A stretch of 37,883 bases of DNA from Microcoleaceae cyanobacterium (lineage in GTDB: Bacteria; Cyanobacteriota; Cyanobacteriia; Leptolyngbyales; Leptolyngbyaceae): positions 1-37,883 of the forward strand of contig DATNPU010000138.1 of assembly GCA_036703105.1 (NCBI GenBank). The letters are read 5' to 3'. Shown here piece after piece: positions 1 to 9,545 of this stretch (positions are counted from its first letter, which is position 1; every line of letters starts with the position of its first letter). The position numbers were made by a program, and so were the translations under genes. Below the pieces are notes generated by a model. It was not told the origin of the DNA, ran no database searches, and worked only from the letters and a program-made list of their open reading frames with translations.

Positions 1-48
1 ACTCTAAGCAATGAAGGCACTGTTCCGACACCTGGGTTGTTTTAAGTT

Positions 49-3000
49 ATGGATAGGTTACCGATAAATGTAGATGCATCTCAGAAGTCGCAGCTCCTGT
101 TTAGGGTTTTGCTGATTGATGCCGTAGAAACCGATCGCGTGGCCTATACTCACTATCTTCGAACTGATCCTAATTATCAGTACAGTGTGATCTATGCATC
201 CACAATCAAAGCCGGGATCACATTGTGGCGATCGCAGTCTCCAGATGTGGTGATTTTGGATGTGAACTTACCCGATGGTAACGGACTACAGTTTCTAGAG
301 TTTCTTCATACCAGTGGGGTAAATCAGAATTTTCATCCCAAAGTCCCTGTACTAGTTGTAGCGCAGCCCAGTAACAAACAGATTGCTGTGCAGGTCATGA
401 AACTTGGGGCTATGGATTACCTTGCCAAACAGAGCATTACACCAATTACTCTACAGAAAAGTGTTGGAGCAGTAATTGCCTATCAAACCCTGGTTCAACA
501 ACTGCATCGATCGCAACAACAAAAAGAGTTGCTATCCGAAATTGACCTTCGGATTCGTCAGACTCTAGAACTATCGCAAATTCTCCAATCTACAGTTGAT
601 GGGATGAGACAGTTATTGGGCTGCGATCGCGCCGTGATTTATCAGTTTCACTCCAATTGGTCAGGAGTCATTGCCGTAGAATCTGTTTGCACCCAAGAAC
701 TATCAATCCTCAATCGAGAAATTATTGATCCCTGTTTCGTCTCCCACTGGCATGAACCCTATCGCCAAGGCAGAACAAGCCAGGTTAACGATCGTGACAA
801 TGGTTCTCTACAATCCTGCTATACCGAATTGTTAGCTAGCATTCAGGTGCGGGCAAATCTCGTTGTTCCCATTCTTCAGGATCAACATCTGTGGGGATTA
901 ATGATTGCTCACGAATGTCATCACCCCCGCTACTGGACGTCCTTAGAGGTGGATTGGATTCAGCAATTAGCCACACAGGCCAGCATTGCAATTCAACAAG
1001 CCACAGCCTACGGTCAACTCCGGTGTCTTACTCAAGAACTAGAAGAGCGAGTCGCACAACGAACAGCCGCTTTACAACAGAACGAAGCTCAGCTCCGGTT
1101 TCAGGCAGATATTTTGCAAAATATTCATGATGCCGTGATTTCCACCGATCCCAATGGCACGATCGAAAGCTGGAACCATGCGGCGGAGCAAATCTTTGGG
1201 TACTCAGCCCCAGAGATGATTGGGCAAAGTATCGGCATTCTCTACGACAACCTGGAACATCTACAAACCCAAGTCATTAGTCCTTTACTGGCCCATGGTC
1301 GCTATGAAACTGAGGTTGCCTGCCGTGCTAAATCTGGAGCTTTAATTTATGTTCATTTGCGGCTGTCTCTGTGGCGAGATCAGCAAGGCCATATTCTGCG
1401 GATGATCGGAGTTTCCCATGACATCACCGATCGCAAACAGGCCGAGGCTGAGATTGAGCAAAAGCTTAAACAGCAGCAAGCATTAGGAGCGATCGTTCAA
1501 CGCATCCGAGAGTCATTAGATTTGAATGCAATCTTGACAACAGTGACTCAACAAGTGAAAGATGCCCTACACAGCGATCGAGTCATTGTGTTTCAGCTAT
1601 TTCCCGATGGTAGAAGCTGCATTGTTGAGGAGGCTGTGTCTAACGAATTTACTAAGTTAAAAGACCAGCACTGGGATGGTGAAATCTGGTCACAAGAAAT
1701 CCTCGACTGTTACTGGCAGGGACATCCTCGCATCATATCTGATGTGGTGCAAGATATCTGGACAGATTGCTTAGCTGAGTATTCTACTCAAGGACACATT
1801 CAGTCTAAAATTGTTGCTCCAATTTTGCAGGAGATTAGCAGTGGAGAGAATCACCGCTGGGTCGCCCCCTGGAAAACCAATAAGCTTTGGGGCATCTTAG
1901 TGGCTCATGCCTGCCAAGAAAAACGAGTTTGGCAAGAATCTGAAGCTCAACTTCTCCAACAGATTGCCAACCAGTTAGCCGTTGCCATTCAACAAGCCAG
2001 TTTGGTTGAACAGCTACAGCAGGAACAGCAGCAACTCAGTGAGCGTAATCACCAGCTAGCGATTTCTAACGAAGAGTTGGCACGAATGACTCGTCTTAAA
2101 GATGAATTCCTAGCCAATATGAGTCATGAGCTAAGAACCCCACTTAACGCGATTCTCGGCATGACCGAAGGACTCCTGGATACGGTTTTTGGAGATGTTA
2201 ATCAGAAACAGATTAAAGCATTAAAAACAGTTGAACGGAGTGGCTCACACTTATTGGAATTAATCAACGATATCCTTGATGTGGCCAAAATTGAATCAGG
2301 CCAACTAGAACTAGATTGTTCCTCCACATCTATTGCTTTATTATGTCAATCTAGCCTGTCATTAATCAAACAGCAGGCATTAAAGAAGCAAATTCAGCTA
2401 GAAATTAATCTGGAACCAAATTTGCCTCAGCTATACATAGATGAACGGCGAATTCGCCAAGTATTAATTAATCTATTGGCCAATGCAGTTAAATTCACTT
2501 TAGAAGGTGGGCGAGTCAAGTTAGAAGTGAGTTATCAACAAGGAGCGGTTGGCACAGATTCTGAGCTAGGGATATGTCAAGATTGGCTGCATATTGCGAT
2601 TACTGACACCGGAATTGGCATTGCTAGCAAAGATATCTCGAAACTGTTTCAACCCTTTATCCAGATTGATAGTGCCCTCAACCGAAATTATGAGGGTACA
2701 GGTTTAGGGCTGGCCTTAGTCAAACGGCTAGTGGAACTCCATGGCGGATACGTTAGTGTCACCAGTCAAGTAGGAGTTGGCAGTTGCTTTACCATCGCCC
2801 TTCCCGGCATAACTTCTGCAACATCTCCTCAGTCCGAAGCACCTGATCCCACGATCGAGCCTCTGCGATCTGAGTTAACAAAATCTCCTCTGATCTTGTT
2901 GGCAGAAGATAATGAAGCGAATATCTGCACAGTCGCCAGCTATTTAGAGGCGAAGGGCTATCGGATTCTATTGGCCAAAGATGGACGCGAGGCCATTGTT

Positions 3001-3249
3001 GTAGCGCAGTCTGCTCACCCCGATTTGATCTTGATGGATATTCAAATGCCAGGTATGGATGGGTTAGAAGCGATGTACTCCATTCGTCATACCCCCAATT
3101 TAGCCGAAGTCCCAATTATTGCCTTAACGGCCCTAGCAATGCAGGGAGATCACGATCTCTGTCTAGCGGCTGGAGCAAACGATTACCTGGCTAAACCAGT
3201 TAAGTTAAAGCAGCTAGATATCATGATTCAAGCCTTGCTAACAGGTTAG
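49..3249 (+). CDS. Hybrid sensor histidine kinase REC-GAF-PAS-GAF-HisKA-HATPase-REC; probable two-GAF cyanobacteriochrome photoreceptor
   Basis: N-terminal receiver (ILDVNLPDG); GAF with DPCF motif; PAS (ISTDPNGTIESWNHAAEQIFGY); second GAF with EIW...WTDCL; H-box [13 protein letters not shown]; N and G boxes (NLLANAVKFT, DTGIGI, GTGLGL); C-terminal receiver (LMDIQMPGMDG). Confidence 0.95.
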   Translation: MDRLPINVDASQKSQLLFRVLLIDAVETDRVAYTHYLRTDPNYQYSVIYASTIKAGITLWRSQSPDVVILDVNLPDGNGLQFLEFLHTSGVNQNFHPKVPVLVVAQPSNKQIAVQVMKLGAMDYLAKQSITPITLQKSVGAVIAYQTLVQQLHRSQQQKELLSEIDLRIRQTLELSQILQSTVDGMRQLLGCDRAVIYQFHSNWSGVIAVESVCTQELSILNREIIDPCFVSHWHEPYRQGRTSQVNDRDNGSLQSCYTELLASIQVRANLVVPILQDQHLWGLMIAHECHHPRYWTSLEVDWIQQLATQASIAIQQATAYGQLRCLTQELEERVAQRTAALQQNEAQLRFQADILQNIHDAVISTDPNGTIESWNHAAEQIFGYSAPEMIGQSIGILYDNLEHLQTQVISPLLAHGRYETEVACRAKSGALIYVHLRLSLWRDQQGHILRMIGVSHDITDRKQAEAEIEQKLKQQQALGAIVQRIRESLDLNAILTTVTQQVKDALHSDRVIVFQLFPDGRSCIVEEAVSNEFTKLKDQHWDGEIWSQEILDCYWQGHPRIISDVVQDIWTDCLAEYSTQGHIQSKIVAPILQEISSGENHRWVAPWKTNKLWGILVAHACQEKRVWQESEAQLLQQIANQLAVAIQQASLVEQLQQEQQQLSERNHQLAISNEELARMTRLKDEFLANMSHELRTPLNAILGMTEGLLDTVFGDVNQKQIKALKTVERSGSHLLELINDILDVAKIESGQLELDCSSTSIALLCQSSLSLIKQQALKKQIQLEINLEPNLPQLYIDERRIRQVLINLLANAVKFTLEGGRVKLEVSYQQGAVGTDSELGICQDWLHIAITDTGIGIASKDISKLFQPFIQIDSALNRNYEGTGLGLALVKRLVELHGGYVSVTSQVGVGSCFTIALPGITSATSPQSEAPDPTIEPLRSELTKSPLILLAEDNEANICTVASYLEAKGYRILLAKDGREAIVVAQSAHPDLILMDIQMPGMDGLEAMYSIRHTPNLAEVPIIALTALAMQGDHDLCLAAGANDYLAKPVKLKQLDIMIQALLTG

Positions 3250-3537
3250 GTGGCTATTCCAGTAGCGTCATTTAACGCTATTCCATTGACCTGATTTTGG
3301 TGTCATCGTCTCATTCTTATCCAAATTGTTACCAGCTCTTATCAAACGTCCAATCAGCGATGCCTTGGTTAAAGATAGATTGCAATAACATCAACACTTG
3401 TTGCTAAACGACCAAAACTTGAACCAATTTTTTCAACTTAACGCGACAATAAAAACATAGGGGAAGGCGTGAGGAGTGTTCCCTTACTAGACAGTGGTGG
3501 CTGAATATCTCACAAATCAGTGGCCAGGGAGGGAGGT

Positions 3538-3660
3538 ATGTTCTCTACAGTTACAGCCTCAAATGACCTGCTTTATATCGTAACTAAATTACTTGTTCTT
3601 GCAATTTCGGTTCTAGTCTGGTGGGTGGTTGTGGCTCATTCGTCGTCTCCTGTTGTTTGA
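3538..3660 (+). CDS. Putative 40-aa single-pass membrane microprotein (below the ORF track cutoff)
   Basis: AGGGAGGGAGGT directly precedes ATG at 3538. Translation MFSTVTASNDLLYIVTKLLVLAISVLVWWVVVAHSSSPVV* contains one long hydrophobic stretch. Confidence 0.5.
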   Translation: MFSTVTASNDLLYIVTKLLVLAISVLVWWVVVAHSSSPVV

Positions 3661-3696
3661 ATCCTTATGGTTTGAACCCACAAACTCCAGTTGAGA

Positions 3697-3759
3697 CAGG
3701 GCTGAGGGTTGAGGCTGAGTGCTGAGACGGGAATCATCAGCACCCAGTTCTCAGTATTG
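3697..3759. repeat. STRR-like heptamer (GCTGAG/CTCAG) imperfect inverted repeat between convergent genes; possible terminator
   Basis: gggctgagggttgaggctgagtgctgag...tcagcacccagttctcagt; a closely similar element lies at 27976-28064. Confidence 0.6.
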
Positions 3760-4989
3760 TTAGAACCGCTTGGGAATACTCACAATCAACTCCGTTCCTT
3801 GCTCCGGGGTTGATTTTACTCTAAGTGAGCCTCGGTGTTTCTCAACTACAATTTGATGAACGATCGCCAACCCTAACCCAGTCCCTTGACCAATTGCTTT
3901 TGTGGTAAAGAATGGGTCAAATAGCCGTTGTTGCACCACTTCGGACATCCCAATCCCATTATCTGCAATCCGAATACTGATTTGTTGTTGATCCGTCACC
4001 ACCGTTTGCAGATAGATATTCGGGATGTAATCAGCTAAATCTGGATGGTGAATCGCTGTCCAGTGTTTCAGCTTGTCCTCGATCGCATCGATCGCATTCG
4101 TCAATAAATTCATCAACACCTGATTCAGTTCTCCGGCGTAGCATTCTACCAGCGGTAAGTCACCATAATCCCGCGTCACCGTAATTGGGGGGTAAGGAAC
4201 TTTCGCCTGCAACCGGCTTCCCAATAGCATTAACGTACTTTCTATCCCTTCATGCAAATCTACAGCCTTATACTCTGCTTCATCCAAACGCGAAAAGATG
4301 CGCAGCGATCGCACCAATTCTTGAATCCGCCGCGTTCCACTTTCGATCGAAGCGAGTAATTTAGGTAGATCAGCCTGGACAAAATCTAGATCCATCTGAT
4401 CGGAAAGTGCCTGAATTTCTGGAGTTAGACTAGAACACTGCGATTCATACAGTTTCACCGCCTCTAACAATTGTTGGCTATACCGCTGCACATACACCAA
4501 ATTGCCATAAATAAAGTTAACCGGATTATTCAGCTCATGAGCTAACCCAGCCACCAGTTGCCCTAAGGAGGCCAGCTTCTCTTCCTGAACCAACTTTAAG
4601 CGCGTCCGGCGCAACTCTAGATGCACATTAATTCGCGCCAATACCTCCTCCTGATGAATGGGTTTAGTTACGTAATCCACTGCACCTAGCTGTAATCCCT
4701 TCACCTTATCCACTGGATCCGATAATGCCGTCATAAAAATGATCGGAATCTCTCTCGTCCTAACATCTGTTTTCAACCGCCGACAGGTTTCAAAGCCATC
4801 AATCCCTGGCATCATCACATCTAGCAAAATCAAATCTGGCGCAACTTTATGCACCTTCTCCAGTGCAATTTCACCACTTTTTGCTACCGCAATATTCAAT
4901 CCTGATTCATCTAATAAATCGACTAATACTTTGATATTAGTGGGAATATCATCGACAATTAAAATGGTTTCTTTTAAATTAGGTTTCAT
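3760..4989 (-). CDS. Response regulator receiver-histidine kinase (REC-HisKA-HATPase)
   Basis: ILIVDDIPTN...LLDVMMPGIDG receiver; EKLASLGQLVAGLAHELNNP H-box; FDPFFTTKAIGQGTGLGL. Confidence 0.95.
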   Translation of the reverse strand: MKPNLKETILIVDDIPTNIKVLVDLLDESGLNIAVAKSGEIALEKVHKVAPDLILLDVMMPGIDGFETCRRLKTDVRTREIPIIFMTALSDPVDKVKGLQLGAVDYVTKPIHQEEVLARINVHLELRRTRLKLVQEEKLASLGQLVAGLAHELNNPVNFIYGNLVYVQRYSQQLLEAVKLYESQCSSLTPEIQALSDQMDLDFVQADLPKLLASIESGTRRIQELVRSLRIFSRLDEAEYKAVDLHEGIESTLMLLGSRLQAKVPYPPITVTRDYGDLPLVECYAGELNQVLMNLLTNAIDAIEDKLKHWTAIHHPDLADYIPNIYLQTVVTDQQQISIRIADNGIGMSEVVQQRLFDPFFTTKAIGQGTGLGLAIVHQIVVEKHRGSLRVKSTPEQGTELIVSIPKRF

Positions 4990-5000
4990 GGTCTATGGCC

Positions 5001-7799
5001 TCAGCCGATATGGGCAGCAATCAACTGAATAATCGCCTCCTCATCAAATTCTTCCGCTAACGCTAGCACCTGATCCGCAAACATACTATATTCAGGATTA
5101 AATTGCTTTAATCGATTGGCCTCTGCTTGAATCTGGTTGATGTATCCAGCTTGCGCAGCTTCATACAATGCTGCTAATTCCTCGGCAGTCGGCACTAGCA
5201 TTGTCGTTGCAGACTGAACTGATTCCGCTGGCGTTTCATAAATCCATTGCAGTTGTAAATAGACTTGTAATTGCTCAAATAACTCGATCGCTTGCACTGG
5301 TTTCGGCAAGAAGTCCGTACAGCCCGCTTCATGACTCTGTTGCCGATTGAAATTAAACACCGAGGCTGATGAGGCAATAATCACGGCGGATTGAAACTCT
5401 GGCAGCGCCCGTAATCGCTGAGTCATCACAAACCCATCCATCACAGGCATCGCCAAATCCGTAATGATCGCATCAATGTGATCATGCTGTGTCTTCTCCA
5501 AGCCCTCCTGGCCATTTGTGGCTTCAAGGACTGTAAAGCCCAGAGGCTCCAGCAAATTCGCAATCACCACCCGGTTTTCCCACAAGTCATCCACCACCAA
5601 AATTGTCCGGCGATCGCCCTCATAGCCAATGATTTCATGCGACGATCGGCCCGGAATCGGCGACACCCAATCGATCGCTTCGGGCAAATCGAGCTCGAAC
5701 CAAAAGCGGCTTCCCTGCCCATAGGTACTCTCTACCTGGATCTCACTACCCATTAATTGCAGAATTCGCTGCGTAATCGCTAAACCCAACCCGGTTCCTT
5801 CAGCTTTACGGAACTGATCTCCTACCTGTTCAAATGGCAAAAAGATTTTTTCTAACTGCTCGGGAGTCATCCCCACACCTGTATCAGTAATTTCGAAGCG
5901 GATCCGATAAATAGGTTGAGTAGTATTTTTATGACATCGATCAATCACACTAAGGGTCAGCGTTACACTTCCGTGATCAGTGAACTTAATGGCATTACCT
6001 AATAAATTTAGTAATACTTGACGTAAACGCTTTGCATCTGCTTCTACCGCGATCGGCAACTGATTTAGCACTTGATAATGAAACTGAATCTCCTTCTGTT
6101 CTGCCCGCACCTGGCAAATATCTCGTACACCAATCAGGAATTCCTTAAAACTAAATCTGGCTAACTGCAATTCCAGCTTCCGAGCCTCTACTTTGGATAA
6201 ATCTAAAATGTCATTAATTAATGTCAACAGGTGAGTGCCACATTGATAAATAATCTCTAAACCATCCCGCTGTTTAGGACTAAACGACTTATCCCGTTGA
6301 AAGATCTGCGCATATCCTAAGATGCCGTTTAACGGAGTGCGCAATTCATGGCTCATATTCGCCAAAAACTCACTTTTAGCATGATTCGCCGCATCAGCGG
6401 CTTCCTTCGCGGCTTGTAGCTCGATCGTCCGTTCTTCTACCCGCTGTTCTAATCGTTCATTGGTCTGTTCTAGCGTCGTAAACGAAGCCTTCAGTTGTTC
6501 GGCCATACTGTTGAACGACTGAGCTAACGCACTCAGTTCGCCGACTCCCTGCACCTTCACCGTTTGGTCTAAATCGCCCGCCGCGATCGCACTACTCGCC
6601 AAACTCAACCGTCTGATGGGCCGCGTAATCCAGCGTGACGTATACATGCCCAACAGAATTGCCCCACCCAAGGCCGCAAAACACAACAACAGTGTATTTC
6701 GAGTATTCGCATTAATCTGCTCCATAAAATCAGATTCGGGTACGGTCACCACCACTAACCAGTTCAAGCCCAAATCATCGTGCCAAGGTGTGACATACGC
6801 AAATGCTTGCTCACCGTTGTCTAGAGAAAAGCGCAATTCCTGCCGTGTTGTAATCTTGTCAAAGCTGTGAAACTGCTGTTGCAACTGTTGCGCTGTGGAT
6901 TGAATCAACGGTTCGGAAATTTCAAAGGCATCAATCCGATGGGGCCGACCTTCCAGCAGGTGATACGGTTTACCTGGACTGGAACTCGCCACGATCGAGC
7001 CATCCCGTTCCATAATGAACACCTTGCCACTAGGGCTGATATTCAGTTGTTTGAGAAAATCACTAATTTGCGACAGAATCAGATCAATCCCAATCACCCC
7101 CACGATCTGATTAGCGCGATTCCGGACTGGAAAGCTGGATGAAATCGACAGAATTTCAGGTTTATCTTCCCACTGGTAAATCCGGCTCCAGACCGGACGT
7201 TGGGCCTTAATTGCCGCACTATACCAGTCTTCCTGCCGTGGATCATACTGCTTCTGCTCTAGCAAGCGCGTCCGCTTCCCTGCCGCATCACTGGCATACA
7301 CTCGCAGCTTTCCCTGAGCGATCGTATTAGTGCGCTCGTTGATTAACAACTCTCCAGTATTAGTGCGCTCAATTCCAATAAATTCCCCTTGTTGATTGGC
7401 GTAGTTGATATAGCCAATGTTATAGACCTGCATCTGTTTCCAGAAATACTGCCCTGTTCGGTTAAACTCCTCCAGGTTCAGTAACCCTAATTCGTAGGCC
7501 CGTAAGTTAATTTCATTCAATTGGCGTGGCGTAGACAAATAGGTGTCGAGATGCTGATCCACCCGATCGCTGACCTGGCTCCCCAACTCCGTGGCCAAAT
7601 CACTAATCGCCTTTTGCCCATTCCGAAACGACAGGTAGCCCACTAATCCGACAGCCGCCACAAGCTGTACTACGAAGGGCACAATCAACAACCAACGTAG
7701 CGGAATTGGGTGGCGCTTAACCGGGGAGTAGGGCATAAGTTGGTGATCCTGAATGATGCGACTAACGTGACCTGATGATTGACCAACGCTTGCAAACAC
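5001..7799 (-). CDS. Membrane hybrid histidine kinase (Cache-HAMP-HisKA-HATPase-REC); true start possibly ATG at 7736
   Basis: Two TM segments flank a Cache-like domain (YDPRQEDWY); HAMP (ITRPIRRLS...[10 protein letters not shown]); [13 protein letters not shown]; receiver ([11 protein letters not shown]). Ends 11 bp before the next kinase, consistent with an operon. Confidence 0.95.
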   Translation of the reverse strand: MFASVGQSSGHVSRIIQDHQLMPYSPVKRHPIPLRWLLIVPFVVQLVAAVGLVGYLSFRNGQKAISDLATELGSQVSDRVDQHLDTYLSTPRQLNEINLRAYELGLLNLEEFNRTGQYFWKQMQVYNIGYINYANQQGEFIGIERTNTGELLINERTNTIAQGKLRVYASDAAGKRTRLLEQKQYDPRQEDWYSAAIKAQRPVWSRIYQWEDKPEILSISSSFPVRNRANQIVGVIGIDLILSQISDFLKQLNISPSGKVFIMERDGSIVASSSPGKPYHLLEGRPHRIDAFEISEPLIQSTAQQLQQQFHSFDKITTRQELRFSLDNGEQAFAYVTPWHDDLGLNWLVVVTVPESDFMEQINANTRNTLLLCFAALGGAILLGMYTSRWITRPIRRLSLASSAIAAGDLDQTVKVQGVGELSALAQSFNSMAEQLKASFTTLEQTNERLEQRVEERTIELQAAKEAADAANHAKSEFLANMSHELRTPLNGILGYAQIFQRDKSFSPKQRDGLEIIYQCGTHLLTLINDILDLSKVEARKLELQLARFSFKEFLIGVRDICQVRAEQKEIQFHYQVLNQLPIAVEADAKRLRQVLLNLLGNAIKFTDHGSVTLTLSVIDRCHKNTTQPIYRIRFEITDTGVGMTPEQLEKIFLPFEQVGDQFRKAEGTGLGLAITQRILQLMGSEIQVESTYGQGSRFWFELDLPEAIDWVSPIPGRSSHEIIGYEGDRRTILVVDDLWENRVVIANLLEPLGFTVLEATNGQEGLEKTQHDHIDAIITDLAMPVMDGFVMTQRLRALPEFQSAVIIASSASVFNFNRQQSHEAGCTDFLPKPVQAIELFEQLQVYLQLQWIYETPAESVQSATTMLVPTAEELAALYEAAQAGYINQIQAEANRLKQFNPEYSMFADQVLALAEEFDEEAIIQLIAAHIG

Positions 7800-8001
7800 C
7801 CCGATCTGACAATCCAGATGGCTCGATCGCCACTAGCGATCGATTACTCTCTCACCCTAAATTAAAAATGTGACAATCATGTGGCAAAACAAATTCTACA
7901 TCAGAAATAAAGTACTCTGAACGCAGTCAATTCTTGCTTATGGCAAGCGATCTCGTCCCCTCAATGGGAATTCTATTAATTAGATACATTGGTAGAATTT
8001 T

Positions 8002-8673
8002 GTGAAATATAACCCCGATAAGCATCACAGGCAGTCGATTCGTCTAAAAGGATATGACTATTCATCCCCTGGCGCATATTTCGTCACCATCTGTACCCAT
8101 CAACGGCAGTGTTTATTCGGTGAAATTGTTGATGGTGAAATGAGACTAAATCAAATAGGGCAGCTTGTGCGATCGCAGTGGCTAAAAATACCATATCATC
8201 ATACCCATGTAGAATTGGATGCCTGGGTCATTATGCCCAATCATATTCACGGCATCCTGATATTAGACACCTCTGGTAGGGGCGCGGCATTGGGGCAAAA
8301 TTTAGAAAACCCCACCGACAATTATAATCCCAATGCCACGCCCTCATGCGATCGGGGATGCACTGAACCGGGCGTGGCATTCGGGACAAAATCCTTGCCT
8401 TCACCTGAAAGTGATCTGCCGAATGCCGCGCCCCTACCACCGCGTTTGGGGGCGGGAACGGTAGGGGCAATTGTGCTCAACTTTAAATCGGTGACAACCC
8501 GATCGTTCAACCGAATTCAACGATCGCCAGGAAACTCAATCTGGCAGCGCAATTATTATGAACATATCATTCGCAGCGAAGCATTCTTGGGTCAGATTCG
8601 CCAATATATTTACACCAATCCCTTCGTGTGGGAGCAAGACCAGTTACATCCTGGTAATCCCTCAAAATGGTAA
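8002..8673 (+). mobile_element. REP-associated tyrosine transposase (RAYT / Y1_Tnp, IS200-like HUH) with an in-frame REP insertion
   Basis: RQSIRLKGYDYSSPGAYFVTICT, HUH motif WVIMPNHIHGIL and WQRNYYEHIIR...YIYTNP..W are typical RAYT motifs. Confidence 0.9.
8275..8438. repeat. Four REP-like units forming two inverted doublets (REPIN-like) inside the RAYT ORF
   Basis: GGTAGGGGCGCGGCATT (8275-8291) is the exact reverse complement of AATGCCGCGCCCCTACC (8422-8438). Inner copies are CCCAATGCCACGCCC (8329-8343) and GGGCGTGGCATTCGG (8370-8384). The 5' GTAG is a REP hallmark. Confidence 0.85.
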
Positions 8674-8707
8674 TGCGTTGAGAATTGGAATAACGATGAA
8701 AAATTGG

Positions 8708-9541
8708 TTAGAGTAATGGGTTTTTCATTTTCACTTGTTCATACACGGTTTCCATCGCTTCCAGAAACGAATTATCTCGATGCCAGAAGGCCGGAAAATC
8801 ACCTTGTTTCTTGACAGGAATTCCAGCCACTACAGTTTGGGGTAATGGGTCGATCGTCGCAGGTAGCCGTTTTGCCCCATGCCAAAAATCACGCAAGCTC
8901 ACCTCTTTAATTGTCTGAGTGGTTGGTGGGGTGTAGTAGGAAGATACTGGTTCTGGTGGACGTTGCTGTAACTGAAGTTCTGCTGAAAGAGCTTGACCTA
9001 AAGGGGATTTTGCTAGTTCCATCAGCAAATTGGCACGTGACAAACCGCGTAATTCAAATAATAAAAATGGATCGCGATCGAGTTCTGCCGCCACCAGATA
9101 GTACACGCCTGCAATATGCTTACAAGGATTCTCCCAATCGGGGCAAGAACAATTAGAGTCAAAATCTTTCTTACTACGAGGGAGTAGATTCAGCCCTAAC
9201 GTCTTAAACGAATCCTCAATATTATCTGGAATCTCATTCAGTAATAAGCGTGAAATCAAACTGGCTCTAGAAGCAATCAACGCGATCGCCGCTGCCCATT
9301 TTGCCGCACTAATCGGTTGAAAATCGATCGTCGTGATATAAAGCGGTTCCTTATAAACACCAAAATAAGGATTTACCGAACCACGCACCTGAGCAATCAC
9401 CTTACCATCCTGAATTTCAAAGCTTCTGACCTTATCATTCCGCGCATACGATCGTCCCCGACTCAACCGCCCGGAGTCTGTAAACTGTTCCAGCGCTGCG
9501 ATAAACTTTTGTCCCCACCAGGTTCGACTAAATTGGCTCAT
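8708..9541 (-). CDS. SWIM zinc-finger protein
   Basis: CSCPDWENPCKH SWIM motif; RLSRGRSYAR N-terminal motif; ATG at 9541 just after the SNF2 stop. Confidence 0.92.
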   Translation of the reverse strand: MSQFSRTWWGQKFIAALEQFTDSGRLSRGRSYARNDKVRSFEIQDGKVIAQVRGSVNPYFGVYKEPLYITTIDFQPISAAKWAAAIALIASRASLISRLLLNEIPDNIEDSFKTLGLNLLPRSKKDFDSNCSCPDWENPCKHIAGVYYLVAAELDRDPFLLFELRGLSRANLLMELAKSPLGQALSAELQLQQRPPEPVSSYYTPPTTQTIKEVSLRDFWHGAKRLPATIDPLPQTVVAGIPVKKQGDFPAFWHRDNSFLEAMETVYEQVKMKNPLL

Positions 9542-9545
9542 TTCC

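Noticed and set aside
8002-8673. Autonomous IS200/IS605 element
   Set aside because: There is no tnpB and no obvious subterminal hairpins; the motifs fit the RAYT subfamily.
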